Part shown: positions 1-12,534 of the stretch, piece after piece
Layout of the letters: each line of letters starts with the position of its first letter
How positions within the stretch are numbered: position 1 is the first letter of the stretch
NCBI GenBank assembly: GCA_951406725.2
Contig: OX597833.1
Coordinates: forward strand, 12,090,001 to 12,154,000
Length of the DNA stretch: 64,000 nt
Source of the DNA: Octopus vulgaris
Taxonomy: Eukaryota
Reading direction: 5' to 3'
Program-made: the position numbers and the translations under genes
The notes under the pieces: model-generated
Seen by the model: only the letters and a program-made list of their open reading frames with translations
Told to the model about the DNA's origin: nothing
The model's database searches: none

Positions 1-1742
1 GCCCAGGCTTCTTTGTCTGCTCTTTCTTTTTCATGGGAGAGTTGCAGACATTTTTCGATTTCCAACAGTTTTATTTTTAGGCGGGACTTTTCACTGCTTT
101 CAATCTGTTTGTTTAGGCGATTTGAAAATTTCGTACGCCGTCTCATTAAAATTTTCCTCTCTCTGGGGATTTTGTTCTTGTGTACAGTGGTCTTTCTCTC
201 TGGGACACATTTGTAGCATATGGCTTGCATTACAGACATGAATTGTTGAAGTTTCACGTCGATGTCTGGCGAGGAGAGACATTCAGGCCAGTTTTGTTTG
301 AGGATCTCTTTCTCAATTTGTTTCCAGTTTGCCTTATGGTAGTTCAAGCTGGAAAGATTTTGAGGGTTTCTTGTAGGCTGCATGTCCGTGCTCTCTTTTG
401 GCCCGTACATGGTCAGCTCTATCATGTTGTGATCCGAGAGTAGTGTCGGTGTCACTTTCACATTATGGATGAGATCCATGTCATTTGTGAAGCAGAGATC
501 CAGTGTGTTACCTGCCCTGGTTGGTTGGAGTATTACCTGCTCCATGTACAGGGTGTTGATGAGGTTCAGGAGGGACCTCGCCTGTCCTCGTTCACATCTT
601 GTCATTCCTGGGAGAGAAAGGCCCTCGGGCCATCTGACATTGGGCAGATTGAAGTCTCCCATAAGAAGCACACCTATGTGTTGTTCTAATGTGGTTAGAA
701 TTTCTTCTATTTTTATAAGGCAGTCTTCGAACTTGCCCACATGGCTTGGGGCATCTGGAGGGCGATATGTAGCACACATAACTACATCAAGTTGCCTAAT
801 ATGTACAATTAGTGTGTCACACACCGAGTTTGAGTATGACAAGAGGACCTGGGGTGTGAGGTCCTCACGGATGTACATAGCAACACCTCCATGACTCCTT
901 TCTTTCCTGTCGGTCCGTAGTACAGCATACTGTGGTATGTGTAACTCCGCATCTGCTATGTCCGGTTTCAGGTGCGTTTCTGTAAGTGCTATGCATAAGG
1001 CTTGATTGCATGCAACAAAGTCTCTCAGGAACGGGATCTTTGTCCTGTTACTGAGTGTTTGCAGTCCTCTGATGTTCAGTAGGAGTATCGAGGTGAGGTG
1101 TACGTTGTTGCCGGCGGTGTCCATCCTGTGTCTGTTTGCTGTGGTGGTCTGGTATATAGTGGGTAGTCCCACCTGCGGGCTTGGGTTTGATGAAGCCAGG
1201 TCAGCTGCTGTACAATCTTTTGTGCCATGCACAAAAAAGATTGTTGCTCAGCAACTGCTCTTTCGACAACATCATGTTGGCTGTTTGTGGCGCGCACAAC
1301 ATCTGCGTACCTCCGCTTTGGGGCAGGTGGTGCGTAGTCCATCCCTTTTCTTTGTGTTGATGGTTTGTCCATCTGCCTCGTGTCTCTGTGGCAGGGTCCC
1401 CGATGTGCAAAGCGGCAGCCTGCACCTTCCTTTCCGTGCCAGCAGGAACCTCTCAGGTAGAACATACACACCCGTGTGCGCTGTTTGGTTCCATCCTTTG
1501 CGGTTCCACTTCTACTCCTGGTTCTTTCACTCTTTGGTCCTGCTTGAGCTTTTTCTTTTCCTTTAGCTCTTCCAGTCCTTCTTTTAGTTATTCTTCCTCC
1601 CTCTACCTCTTCACCGGGTTCTCCGTCTCCATGGCCCTTGCTGCCGGTTGGAGAACTTGCACCTGGGTTCACTTCCCGGGCAGGTTTCTCATTCAAAACC
1701 TCCTCCTGGGCGTCCACCAGGTGGGGGTGACTTCTTTCATCA
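1..1742 (-). mobile_element. LINE family B (APE-EN/RT non-LTR retrotransposon, CR1/L2-group-like): 5' part, truncated at a (TA)n tract, runs off the window
   Basis: Minus strand reads [47 protein letters not shown] and LSDHN (APE endonuclease motifs). Near-identical to the + strand copy at 35832-39500. Abuts (TA)n at 1742-1796. Confidence 0.93.
1076..1742 (-). CDS. LINE-B ORF1 C-terminal part: basic region and a CCCH-type zinc finger (CMFYLRGSCWHGKEGAGCRFAH)
   Basis: 213-aa ORF whose frame stays open upstream into the TA junction with no ATG before the finger region, so it is 5'-truncated. Overlaps ORF2 in the -1 frame. Homologous to 40482-41129. Confidence 0.8.
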
Positions 1743-1746
1743 TATA

Positions 1747-1802
<56 letters not shown>

Positions 1803-2199
1803 CGGTGCAGGAATGGGTGTGTGGTAAGAAATTTGCTTCCGGTCTCCCAGGATTCATTTGGTTTGTTGGATTTGCAGAAGATGGACGTGTTTTTTGGCTG
1901 TGCGACATTTTTCCTCTTGTGTGATGGAGTGCGTCGAACGAGTTGTGAAGGCTTGAGTTATTTTGTTTTGAGCGTTGAAGGCTGCCCTTCCTCGGACTAT
2001 ATGTCGTCAGAGGAGAGGATAGGGCTTTGGAAGAAAGAAGCTATGATGCGGCGACGGAGGAGAGGTGCGAAGAAGTAAAGTTGGGAAACGTAAACAAGTA
2101 TAAGGGTATGCTGAGAGTGGGTGGAACGAAGTGGAGGTGTTCCCCCAGCCAAAAGAAGTTCTGAAGGAAGTAGCAGAAAGAACGGTTATTTATAGAAGG

Positions 2200-2520
2200 T
2201 ACCCAGTAGCAGCCAGAAAAATTGAGAATATGTCGACGGTACAAAAGGTGTTGAGACCAGTCTGGCAACAGATTTCGTGCGGTTTGGAAAGGTAACTACA
2301 GCCAGGCTGCACTCAGCAACACCACTGAAAACGAATGAAGTAGTTTTTCTACCCGTATACCTTGGGAGACGTGCTTCCAGGGTTAGGGTGGAGAAAATAC
2401 CCCCCAGAAGTGGATGTAGCCTAGCTGGTGGTGACCATACAGTTAGAAATAGAAGAGAAGGCTTGAGGTTGATAGCGTCATAAAACTTGGAAAGCAGCTG
2501 CATAAGTGGCATTCCTTGCC
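2200..2520 (+). repeat. Degenerate coding-like repeat, homologous to 13300-13620 on the minus strand
   Basis: PVYLGRRASRVRVEKIPPEVDVA here resembles LPLYLGCRTTQ..KIPP.EVEVGWIVATL at 13.3-13.5 kb. Both are frameshifted; family unknown. Confidence 0.4.
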
Positions 2521-3146
2521 TGATAACGTTAAATACATGCGCAAAAGTGTCGCACGAATCTAGCTCAACGTATCACCAGATGGAAAGCTGAACGTATATG
2601 AAGAGAAAACTTTCCATGGATATGTTAGTAGAAAGCTACGGGATGATGGTAACATTGATCATGAAAGAAGTCTATCATATAGACCAACAATCGGATTACT
2701 AACTCCCACTTTCAAGGGTATGCGTTTGCTATCCAGGAACAAGAAATATCAATCCAATACCTGATGCGCAAAAGGAAAATCAGTAAAATGTAATAACCGA
2801 TGCAAACTTAGTGGTCTTGTGTTCGGTCACGCTTTGTAACATTCTGCGGAAATAATTTTATTCAAGCCTTCAGTTAACCAAAGTCACGTAAAAGAAACAG
2901 GGTTAGCTGAATCTCTGCGGAAGTTCGTTGGAATGTCTACAAAGGTCCAGATTACTTCCTTTATCACACTGCTAATGCCTCAGAATTACATTATGATGAC
3001 AAGCGCCAGCGGAATACTCAGCTATTTACAACATCATTCAATATGAGTTAGTTAACTCCTCGAATACTCAGCAACAGAGACCAGTTTGTTTACCCACACA
3101 ATAACATGTGTGGGTGTGTATGTGTATGTATGCATGTGTGTATGTA

Positions 3147-4436
3147 CAGGGTGGGGGACCAAAATTTACAATGAACGTTAAGTTGTTTTTTCTCAGCATG
3201 CACTAAGTCAGTTGTTTTGAAACCTAGCATATATTGATGTCATAATCATACCTAACACTATTATCCTTACCTTTTCAGAAACTTTTGCCCATATGAGTAA
3301 TCAAGAAAGCAAACGTCAAAGAGTGTGTGATTAGCTGAATGCACTCGTCACACCAAAGGAGATTTCAAGGATAGTTGGAGTGTCCATAAAGACTGTTTAT
3401 AATGTAAAGACTAGAATGACTATGAGCAAAACTATTACGAGGAAGTCTGGAAGTGGAGGAATTAACAAAAAACGTACCAAAGCTTTTATTCAAGCTCTCA
3501 AATCCAAAATCCTAAAGGATTCAACCAAATCCATGAGAAAAATGGCAATTGAACTTGAGGTAGACAACAAGACCATTATAAATGCAGTAAAATATGATTT
3601 GAGGTTAAAATCTTACGTAAGAACACCAAAACACTTGTTGACAACAGCTATGAAGGAAAAGAGATTGGAAAGGTGCAAGAAAATTCTTACATGGTTCGAG
3701 AAAAATTCCTCCATTGTAACAATCTTTTCAGATGAAAAGACCTTCACTGTCGATGCTGTTCTGAACCGCAGAAATGATATATTTATCGCAAAATCGACAG
3801 CCAAGGTTAAGGGGACATTCAAAATAAAACATCCTGCTCAAGTTATGGCTTTTGGTGTTATGACTTCCGATGGAAAGAAAATGCCTATAAAATCCTACAA
3901 AGCTGATGAAAAGATCAATGTTAATACTTACTACAAGACCCTGAGATCCCACGTATTGCCAGGGCTTAAAGCAAACTACCCAGATGGTAATTATGTATGG
4001 ACACAGGATGGTGCTCCATCCCCCACAGCTGGAAAAGTACATGATTTCTGCAAATCCAACTTTAGCAATATTTTGGAATCATGTTTTTGGCCGCCTTCTA
4101 GCCCAGATCTAAATCTTCTGGATTATGCTATTTGGGGCGTTTTAGAACACGCTACCAATAAAACATCACACAGCATTGTCGACTCTCTTAAAGATACTAT
4201 TATAGAAGAATGGGAGAAGTTGTCTCCCGAATAATTGAGGAACGCCTGTGCAAGTTTCAGGAACCGTGTAAAGGCAGTTATTGAGAAAGAAGGAGGACAC
4301 ATAGAATAAAAACATTTTCTATTATGTAAATTTTCTTGTGGCAAATACCTTCTCATGATTTTCAATAAACTTATTGGTCATACGCTGTCTTTCAATCCCT
4401 GCCTCAAAATATTGTAAATTTTGCTTCCCCACCCTG
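3147..4436 (+). mobile_element. Tc1/mariner DNA transposon, DD37D (maT-like), full length
   Basis: TIRs CAGGGTGGGGG..CAAAATTTACAAT and ATTGTAAATTTTGCTTCCCCACCCTG, each flanked by TA (3145-3146 and 4437-4438). Internal transposase. Confidence 0.93.
3293..4309 (+). pseudogene. DD37D transposase with two in-frame stops
   Basis: ATG at 3293 (MSNQESKRQRVCD*), FSDEK, WTQDGAP..SPDLNLLDY with 37 residues between the 2nd and 3rd Asp, and the C-terminal GGHIE*. Premature TAG at about 3332 and TAA at 4232. Confidence 0.9.
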
Positions 4437-4501
4437 TATGTGTGTATGTGTATGTGCGTATTTGTTTGCCTATGTGTTTAGCTTTACTCTTGTATGTGTG
4501 T

Positions 4502-4594
<93 letters not shown>
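4437..4594. repeat. (TG)n microsatellite
   Basis: Direct inspection. Confidence 0.95.
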
Positions 4595-4596
<2 letters not shown>

Positions 4597-5011
4597 CACG
4601 AATAAGCCTAATGAATTAGTTTTAATTCCGCGAAATATTGAATCCTGTGAATATGTTTTTAAAAAACAAAATTCTATGAAAATATTTATATTATATACAT
4701 GTTTTATGTTTTTAATATTCACATGTCAGAAATGGAGGAAATAAAGAAGCACAAAAATTTCCCAGAAAAAAAAATTTTTGAAATAATAGAACTAAATAAA
4801 ATGAAATATATTTTATTGTAATATGCTGGTGTGAACAAACAAAAACATACGTTGCACTCAGCTACAATTATGCCACTATCGTCAGTCTGTCTCCAGTAAA
4901 AATGTCTACGCGTCATAACTAAAATTTTACTTCCTAAATTGTGTTTTTTTCTTTTTGTTTCTAGTTGTTGCATGAAATCTAAGAAATATATTTTTTGCAC
5001 CTTATATATAT

Positions 5012-5960
5012 TTCTTTATTACCCTCAAGGGGCTAACCACAGAGGGGACAAACAAGGACAGACAAACGGATTAAGTCGATTACAGCGACTCTAGTGAGTA
5101 ACTGGTACTTAATTTATCCACCCCGAAAGGATGAAAGGCAAAGTCGACCTCGGCAGAATTTGAACTCAGAACGTAACGGCAGACGAAATACGGCTACGCA
5201 TTACGCCCGGCGTGCTAACGTTTCTGCCAGCTCGCCGCCTTTTTTACACCTTATATAACCGAACATGTTTAAGCATGTATGATATTTGCATTAACGTAGA
5301 TCTGTAAAAAGAGACATGGAATAATTTGACAATAATTTGAAGCCTAAAATATTGGTTTCAAATTTTGGCACAAGGCCAGATATTGTTAGGAGGGTGTAAG
5401 TCGATTACATCGGCCCCAGTGCTCAATGGAACTTATTTTAAAGATATCGAAGGATTTAAAGCAATGTCGACCCCGGCAGGATTTGTACTCAGAATGCAAA
5501 GACGGGCGAAATGCCGCTCATTATTTTGTTCGGCGTTCTAATGATTCTGCCAGCTCACAGCATTTTCAGTATTTCAAAGCCTGAAATATTGAAAATGTTT
5601 TCGATATATTCAAATTTGTGTATGTTAATCTCAATATAAATATATGAGTGAGTGTGTGTGTATATGTGTGTGTGCGCGAGCGTGTGTGCACGTGTGTATA
5701 TCTATGCTATATTTTTTTCCAATTTATTGTGTATTTGTTTCTTTATTCTTTATTGCCCACAAGGGGCTAAACATAGAATGGACAAACAAGGACAGACAAA
5801 GGGATTGAGTCGATTACATCGACCCCAGTGCGTAACTGGTACTTATTTAATCGACAACGAAAGGATGATAGGCAAAGTCGCCATCGGTGGAATTTGAACT
5901 CAGAACGTAACGACAGACGAAATACCGCTTACGCAATTCTCCCGGCATGCTAACGTTTCT
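5012..5960 (-). mobile_element. Cluster of three tRNA-derived SINE copies (about 5012-5240, 5355-5560, 5745-5960)
   Basis: The best copy reads GGCGGCGAGCTGGCAGAAACGTTAG..GAGTTCAAATTC (A/B-box-like head) plus the central GTCGACTTTGCCTTTCATCCTTTCGGGGT core. The family recurs many times in the window. Confidence 0.85.
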
Positions 5961-6302
5961 GTGCATATATTTCTGTAATGTGCATTTATTTCTGTAATGT
6001 CTAACATTGTACTAATGCGAATAACCAACAGGTAGTCAAATATGTACTTTCTTCTCTCTCTTAAAACAAACATACCTTCACTCCACCCGCTTTGATATTT
6101 TAACAACACCAATATTATCATCCAGAGCTACTGTCAGTATTGTATGACGTAAAGGGACAATTAAGCTATGATGTGATAGTTCTTACCTTTAGTAGTTGCT
6201 AGGACAATACTATCTATTACCAATGGCATATGACAAATATATCAATCACATCTAACAAATAACGGTTGTGGTTGTGTATCTATATGCACTTTTATATATG
6301 CA

Positions 6303-7095
6303 CAGGGCAGCAGCGTGTTGCAACGCAGATTGGTATGAAAGTCAATGCCTCGAAGACCAAAATCCTCACAGCCGGCTTTTCCCAACCAGACAAAACACCC
6401 ATTGTCCTCAATAATGATAAGAGGTTGAGAGTTTCAAATACCGTGGCGCCATCATTACAGCTACAGGTCAAGGTGAGGCTGACATTAAAACACGAATCGA
6501 CCTCGCTCGCCAAGCCTTCAACCGACTCAGTGCGCGACTCTGGTCAAGATCTGAGATCCGACGCACCACCAAAGTACAGATCTACGAAGCACTTGTGCGA
6601 ACGCTTCTCCGTTACGGCAGCGAGTCATGGCCAATAAGGGTGGAAGATATTAAGCGACTAGAATCTTCGATTATCTCTGTCTACGCCGCATCCTTCGTGT
6701 CCGATGGCATCACCTTGTCTCCAACAATTCGGTGCGATACCAGTGCAGAATCACCTCCCTCCGACAAGTCATCCTCACGAGACGTCTGCGTTGGCTGGGT
6801 CATGCCCTCCGTCGTCAACCAGGAGAATTCATCTACGAAGCAATTGCCCCTGCTCCCCGTCACGGTTGGCGAAAGCGATGTGGTGGACAACGAAAAACCT
6901 GGCTAATGACAATCAAGGCTGATCTGGAAGCCAACCTAGGCCCCCATATCTACGGCATTCGGAGTGGTTGGAGATCACGCGTTCGTTAGCCTCAAATCGC
7001 CAGGCCTGGTCGGCGTTTGTGAGAAATGTAGCATTGAGGATGAATGAAGCCAGCTCAACCCACCCCGGGTGAATGCTGTAAGAAAAAAGAAGAAG
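6303..7095 (+). mobile_element. RTE-clade LINE 3' fragment, frameshifted
   Basis: IGMKVNASKTK, LLRYGSESWP and RRLRWLGHALRR are typical RTE RT and C-terminal motifs, split across frames. Confidence 0.85.
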
Positions 7096-7245
7096 ATCTA
7101 TATGCACTTGGATCTTCCAAACTACCATAGTTATGCTACGAGCATAAGAACTTAAAAATAAATGAAATTTGTTTATCCTAATCTTTTCTACATACATAAT
7201 ATGTGTGAACACATACGTGTGTGAGTGTGTGCGTGTGTGTGTGTA

Positions 7246-7290
<45 letters not shown>

Positions 7291-7569
7291 CTTTAGGAGC
7301 AAGCATCGCTGTGTAAGAAGTTTACTTCTCAACCACATAATTCTGGGTTCAGCCAACTGCGTGGGACCTTCGACAAGTGTTTTTTTATTCTAGCCACTGG
7401 CCGACCAAAGAGTGAATTTGATAGACAGACGGTCAAAGAAGACTGTTATATATGCTCCCGTAACCTAGCGGTTTGGTAAATAATGCTGATAGTATAAGTG
7501 CAAAGGTTTCAAAAATAAATAATGGGGTCGATTTATTCCACTAAGCTTCTTTCAAGGCGATACTTATAC

Positions 7570-7670
7570 CTGAGATCTAATGGCAGCAAAAATACAAAAT
7601 ACAATTGAGATATAATATATATATATATATATCAATTGTATTTTGTATTTATGCAGCCATTAGATCTCAG
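7570..7670. repeat. Inverted repeat (about 40-bp arms) centred on (TA)n
   Basis: CTGAGATCTAATGGCAGCAAAAATACAAAATACAATTGA..(TA)n..TCAATTGTATTTTGTATTTATGCAGCCATTAGATCTCAG. One arm recurs at about 11867-11905. Confidence 0.85.
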
Positions 7671-8365
7671 CTATGTGAGGAAAGGCTCTGCACAGACTCA
7701 ATCCCACTCACTAAGCAACAGCAGCCATAATCCAAAAAGAAGAACAAGTCAACATCATCGGTAACCACTGAGCCGCAGGTTTTATGTCAGAGTTATCCCA
7801 GTTACCTGAGTCGCCTTCTCCTTGAAGGATGCCCTAACAAAGGCTAGGGGTCCTTCACTCCCAATGGATTAACCGAGCGATCGGGTATTCAGACCGATTA
7901 TTTCTATATCCCCGCGCATGATACAACCTTAAGCTGCATAAGATTGATATAAGGAGAAAAAAAATAAAATTAAAAAATAAAGAAACATACGATGTATATA
8001 AAAAAACATTGACATACAAAATATACATAAAATATATGATGTGAAGTATATAAAAATTTATATAATGAGCAAGTTATAAAAATATACAATATATAAAAAT
8101 TAGTGAGAAAAAGGCAGATATACAGTAAGTATATAATTACACATTTATTGGAAGGTCGTTGATTCTCAAGAGTTCCTCAGCCCTTTGACGGATTTTGTTT
8201 TTCATCCCGCACGGTGTCCAATAAGCACCCTCGTCACCAAGCAAACTAGGTGGGGTTGCCGGTTTAGTCGCCGACGGCCCGACCATGCAATGCCTATATA
8301 CATACATATATGCACATTCTTACACACACACACACACACACACACAAACAAAACACACACAACAC

Positions 8366-8461
<96 letters not shown>

Positions 8462-8493
8462 TATATACATACATATATCTACATACTTACATA

Positions 8494-8557
<64 letters not shown>

Positions 8558-8564
8558 TATACAT

Positions 8565-9160
8565 ATATGGGTACAGGACGTCACAAAACGTAAACAATAT
8601 GAAATACGAAGGCAAACTTGGGTATGCGAACAACGAGAGAAACAAATGGAAAACAAGGCAAGTAACATAAAGAACGACCCTTCATCAGTTGTCGGTTGTT
8701 CGTCTATTCTACATTTCGAGCAATTAACGACAATATGAGGCTTCGATAAACAGTTGCTCTCGCGATCCAAAATAAGATTTGGAATTTGCGGAGGGTCAAA
8801 TTGGTAACAAAAACAGGACAGTGGAGACATGCAACAAAAATGGAGAGCCGTTAGGCAAGACGAGGTAAGGTAGCGAAAACTGGAGGAATATTATCTTTGA
8901 CAAGAGAATAGATAGAAGGGGAGACAGATAAGAATGCACCTGGTCTGTGCGACAAACTGAAGAAAAAAAAGATGGCCATGTGAGAAAAAGAAAGATGGGC
9001 GATGGTCACATGTGAGCAACAAGACAGAGTAAAGGAGAAAGAGGGAGAGAGAGACACACATAGAAAACGGTGAAGAGGAGAAAAAAGAATTAGAGAAAGG
9101 AAGAGAGAGAAAACGAAAGGGGGTGAGAGAGAACAGTACAAGGTAGGGTCGCATCAAATT
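8565..9160 (-). mobile_element. Penelope-like (PLE) non-autonomous remnant, related to 11975-12480
   Basis: Both start GTACAGGAC next to (TA)n and carry CCCTTCATCAG (CTGATGAAGGG on the minus strand), followed by purine-rich low-complexity sequence. Confidence 0.45.
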
Positions 9161-9273
9161 TATTAAGATAAACTTACTTGGAAATGGATGCGTGGCGTCC
9201 GATCATAAAAATTCTTATATGATTGAACGCCATGCATCCATTTCCAAGTAAGTTTATCTTATTTATATATACA

Positions 9274-9331
<58 letters not shown>

Positions 9332-9337
9332 TATATA

Positions 9338-10644
9338 AAATATTTAAAAATTGAGGGAGATAAATTAATATTAATATCAATTTAAAACCAGTAGTCCAGC
9401 ATTCAAAAAATCTGAGGAGTCAGAGAAAATTCAAATATATGTGTATATTGGCAGGGCTGGCCTGCTAGGTAGCCGGCCAGAATGCTAGAAATAGATCATC
9501 AACGATCAAACTACAAGGGAAATTCTCTAGAGGAAGAATTCAGCGAACACCAGAACCAAATTTGGCGGGCAGGGCATATGAAAAATTAAATAAAAAACAG
9601 GCTTAAATGCATACCTCGGTTTCGGTCTTAACAAAAGAATTACTTGGTTTTAAATTGATATTAATATTAATTTATCTCCCTCAATTTTTAAATATTTAAA
9701 TAAATACGTTCCCTAGTAGTAAGCTTTACCCGCAGTGAATTATTCACTGCAGCCCTTCGCTTCAGGAGTCTCTTAGCGCGCCGGAACCAAGACATTTGAA
9801 ATTTTATTCCCGATGTAATCAGTAAGACTAAGCACGTGTCTGTCTTGACACAGAGAGCTGGGGTTAGTCTTGCGGTTTGCATCTCGAGGACCGAATGTAC
9901 TGAAGAAGTCACGGACACTTGAATTATGCAAGTAATTCTTTTGTTAAGACCGAAACCGAGGTATGCATTTAAGCCTGTTTTTTATTTAATTTTTCATATG
10001 TCCTGCCCGCCAAATTTGGTTCTGGTGTTCGCTGAATTCTTCCTCTAGAGAATTTCCCTTGTAGTTTGATCGTTGATGATCTATTTCTAGCATTCTGGCC
10101 GGCTACCTAGCAGGCCAGCCCTGCCAATATACACATATATTTGAATTTTCTCTGACTCCTCAGATTTTTTGAATGCTGGACTACTGGTTTTAAATTGATA
10201 TTAATATTAATTTATCTCCCTCAATTTTTAAATATTTAAATAAATACGTTCCCTAGTAGTAAGCTTTACTCGCAGTGAATTATTCACTGCAGCCCTTCGC
10301 TTCAGGAGTCTCTTAGCGCGCCGGAACCAAGACATTTGAAATTTTATTCCCGATGTAATCAGTAAGACTAAGCACGTGTCTGTCTTGACACAGAGAGCTG
10401 GGGTTAGTCTTGCGGTTTGCATCTCGAGGACCGAATGTACTGAAGAAGTCACGGACACTTGAATTATGCAAGTAATTCTTTTGTTAAGACCGAAACCGAG
10501 GTATGCATTTAAGCCTGTTTTTATTTAATTTTTCATATGTTCTGCCCGCCAAATTTGATTCTGGTGTTCGCTGAATTCTTCCTCTAGAGAATTTCCCTTG
10601 TAGTTTGATCGTTGATGATCTATTTCTAGCATTCTGGCCGGCTA
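9338..10644 (+). mobile_element. Penelope-like pseudo-LTR array: about 1.85 tandem 540-bp units preceded by an inverted partial copy, inserted in (TA)n
   Basis: 9646-10185 is repeated at 10186-10644 (identical 76-aa ORFs 540 bp apart). 9338-9646 is the reverse complement of about 9930-10237. Each unit has a hammerhead-like motif. Confidence 0.8.
9897..9966 (+). ncRNA. Hammerhead-ribozyme-like motif (minimal type I); second copy at 10437-10506
   Basis: GTA CTGAAGA AGTC...GACC GAAAC CGAG GTA TGC: intact CUGANGA and GAAA core, short stems I and III, GUA cleavage triplet; A-C mismatch at the base of stem II. Confidence 0.6.
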
Positions 10645-10770
10645 TATATAATTATATATATATATAAATAAAGTAATATTTCAAATATACCGTAAATGGT
10701 CGTTTTACATACCAAACACTGCTCGGTCGAATTAATTAATAATTAATTAATTTTACCCTTTTTATTGACA

Positions 10771-10806
<36 letters not shown>

Positions 10807-10994
10807 AAGTCCCCAAAATGCAGGTAAGGATATGTAAGTGCTATGGAAGGACCAGTGTTAGACTCCCGGTTCGATAATAGTATAAGTGAGGAGTCTAACA
10901 CGTGTCGTGTGTGAGCGTATATATGTTAAATAAAATGAGATAACAAAGCCAAGACATTACGTAATTTCTAGGATATTTATGAAGAAAAAGTTAG

Positions 10995-11040
10995 TCTTAT
11001 AGCTGTTTCATGGATATAAAGGATATCCCATCATCAGAGA
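10995..11040 (-). ncRNA. Hammerhead-ribozyme-like motif in a PLE-like remnant
   Basis: Minus strand TCT CTGATGA TGGGATATCCTTTATATCCAT GAAAC AGCT ATA AGA: canonical core with stem I TCT/AGA and palindromic AGCT; GTA appears mutated to ATA. Confidence 0.6.
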
Positions 11041-11906
11041 TGATATGAGAGAGTTAAATAGTAGGAAATATCAGTTCAATATAAGAACTTATTTCCGAAA
11101 TAACTTCTTATATTGAACTATGCGATTTCCTTCTATTCTATAAATGGAACTGGCATTTAATATTAAAAAGCAATGATGAGTAAATTAAGAATATTAACTG
11201 AAAAAAAACAATGGAACGTGAGCTGTAATAATAAGAGCCATCCTACAGCCGAAAGGGGTCGCCACAGAAGTTTGTTAGCAACTGAAACAAGCTCACAACA
11301 TATTATTATTCGTATTAAAAAGCAGAAAGAACGTATACACTATTAAAGATAATAAATGTGTATGAAAAGCAATGACAGTTTTTGAATAGCTTATATCAAA
11401 CACAAACAGCAAATGAAGTTCTAGATTCGAACATGGAGTGTTTACCAAGAAAAATTTCAAACAAGAGGGTACTTGCGATCGCGTATGCGCATAAGCTGTA
11501 GTCCGGTCATGGACATTTCGTTGTGGCCGGAGACAGTACAAAAGAGGTTACTGTGCATGTGTTACCGGAAACCCATAATAATCGTATATTTAAAAAAATA
11601 ATATCGAGGATATTCGTGTCTCTGTATTTATGCGTGTATGTGTCTATGTACTCTGCATACGTTTACGGTCTAGGATGTTGTATATGATGTGTCCGTTGAG
11701 GTTTTATAATCTGGCAGCTCGAGAGTTAGAAATCTAGGAAAGTACAAGTGGGTAACATGTGAAGTCGATACGATCGATATGATATATAAATACAGAGTGC
11801 CAGGGTTTCCAAAATAAATCATGGGGTCGATTTATTCGACTAAGGTTCTTTCAGGGCGATACTCATAGCTGAGATCTAATGTTTGGAAAAATACAAAATA
11901 CAATTC

Positions 11907-11952
<46 letters not shown>

Positions 11953-11974
11953 GCATATATAAATATATATAGGT

Positions 11975-12480
11975 GTGTACAGGACACCACAAATAGACGC
12001 AGAACTCAACGAGAAACGAAAACGTAAAAACACCATGGAACGGACCGTTTTTTTAACAACGAAAAAACAGAGTACAAGACAACTACACAAGAAAAATCCC
12101 CTTCATCAGCTGTCCCTAGTTCAACTCAAGCGTGTTTCGAAGGATGGACAGTACACGTCTCGCTGAACTAGTCCTTCCTGCGAAAGAATCAAAATAAAAT
12201 TCCTTTGCAGAGGGGTAAAAACAAGGAAAAAAAATGTGACAAAAAAAAGGACGTAAAAACAATGCAATTTGTAAAAACAAATACAAAATAAGATACAATT
12301 ACAAAAAATGCAGTACAAGAAGGAATAGAAACAGGACAGGAAAACAAATAAAGAGAGCCTATAAGCCTAGACAAGGGAAAAAAAAAATTTTTTTTCACGA
12401 GCGCAGGAAAAAACATGTTTACTTCAACAAGGCAGCCGTCGAAAGGAAGTTCGTAGACCAGGCTGTGAGAGAGATGAGGA
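11975..12480 (-). mobile_element. Penelope-like non-autonomous remnant
   Basis: Similar to 8565-9160; CTGATGAAGGGG and GAAGGA..TCCTTCGAAACACGC on the minus strand. Confidence 0.4.
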
Positions 12481-12534
12481 AGAGTGAGAGAGAGAGAGAT
12501 ATATAGAGAGGAAGGATGTATGTATGTATGTATG

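Noticed and set aside
9688-10458. Two identical 76-aa ORFs
   Set aside because: By-product of the 540-bp tandem repeat; GTG start and no recognisable domain.
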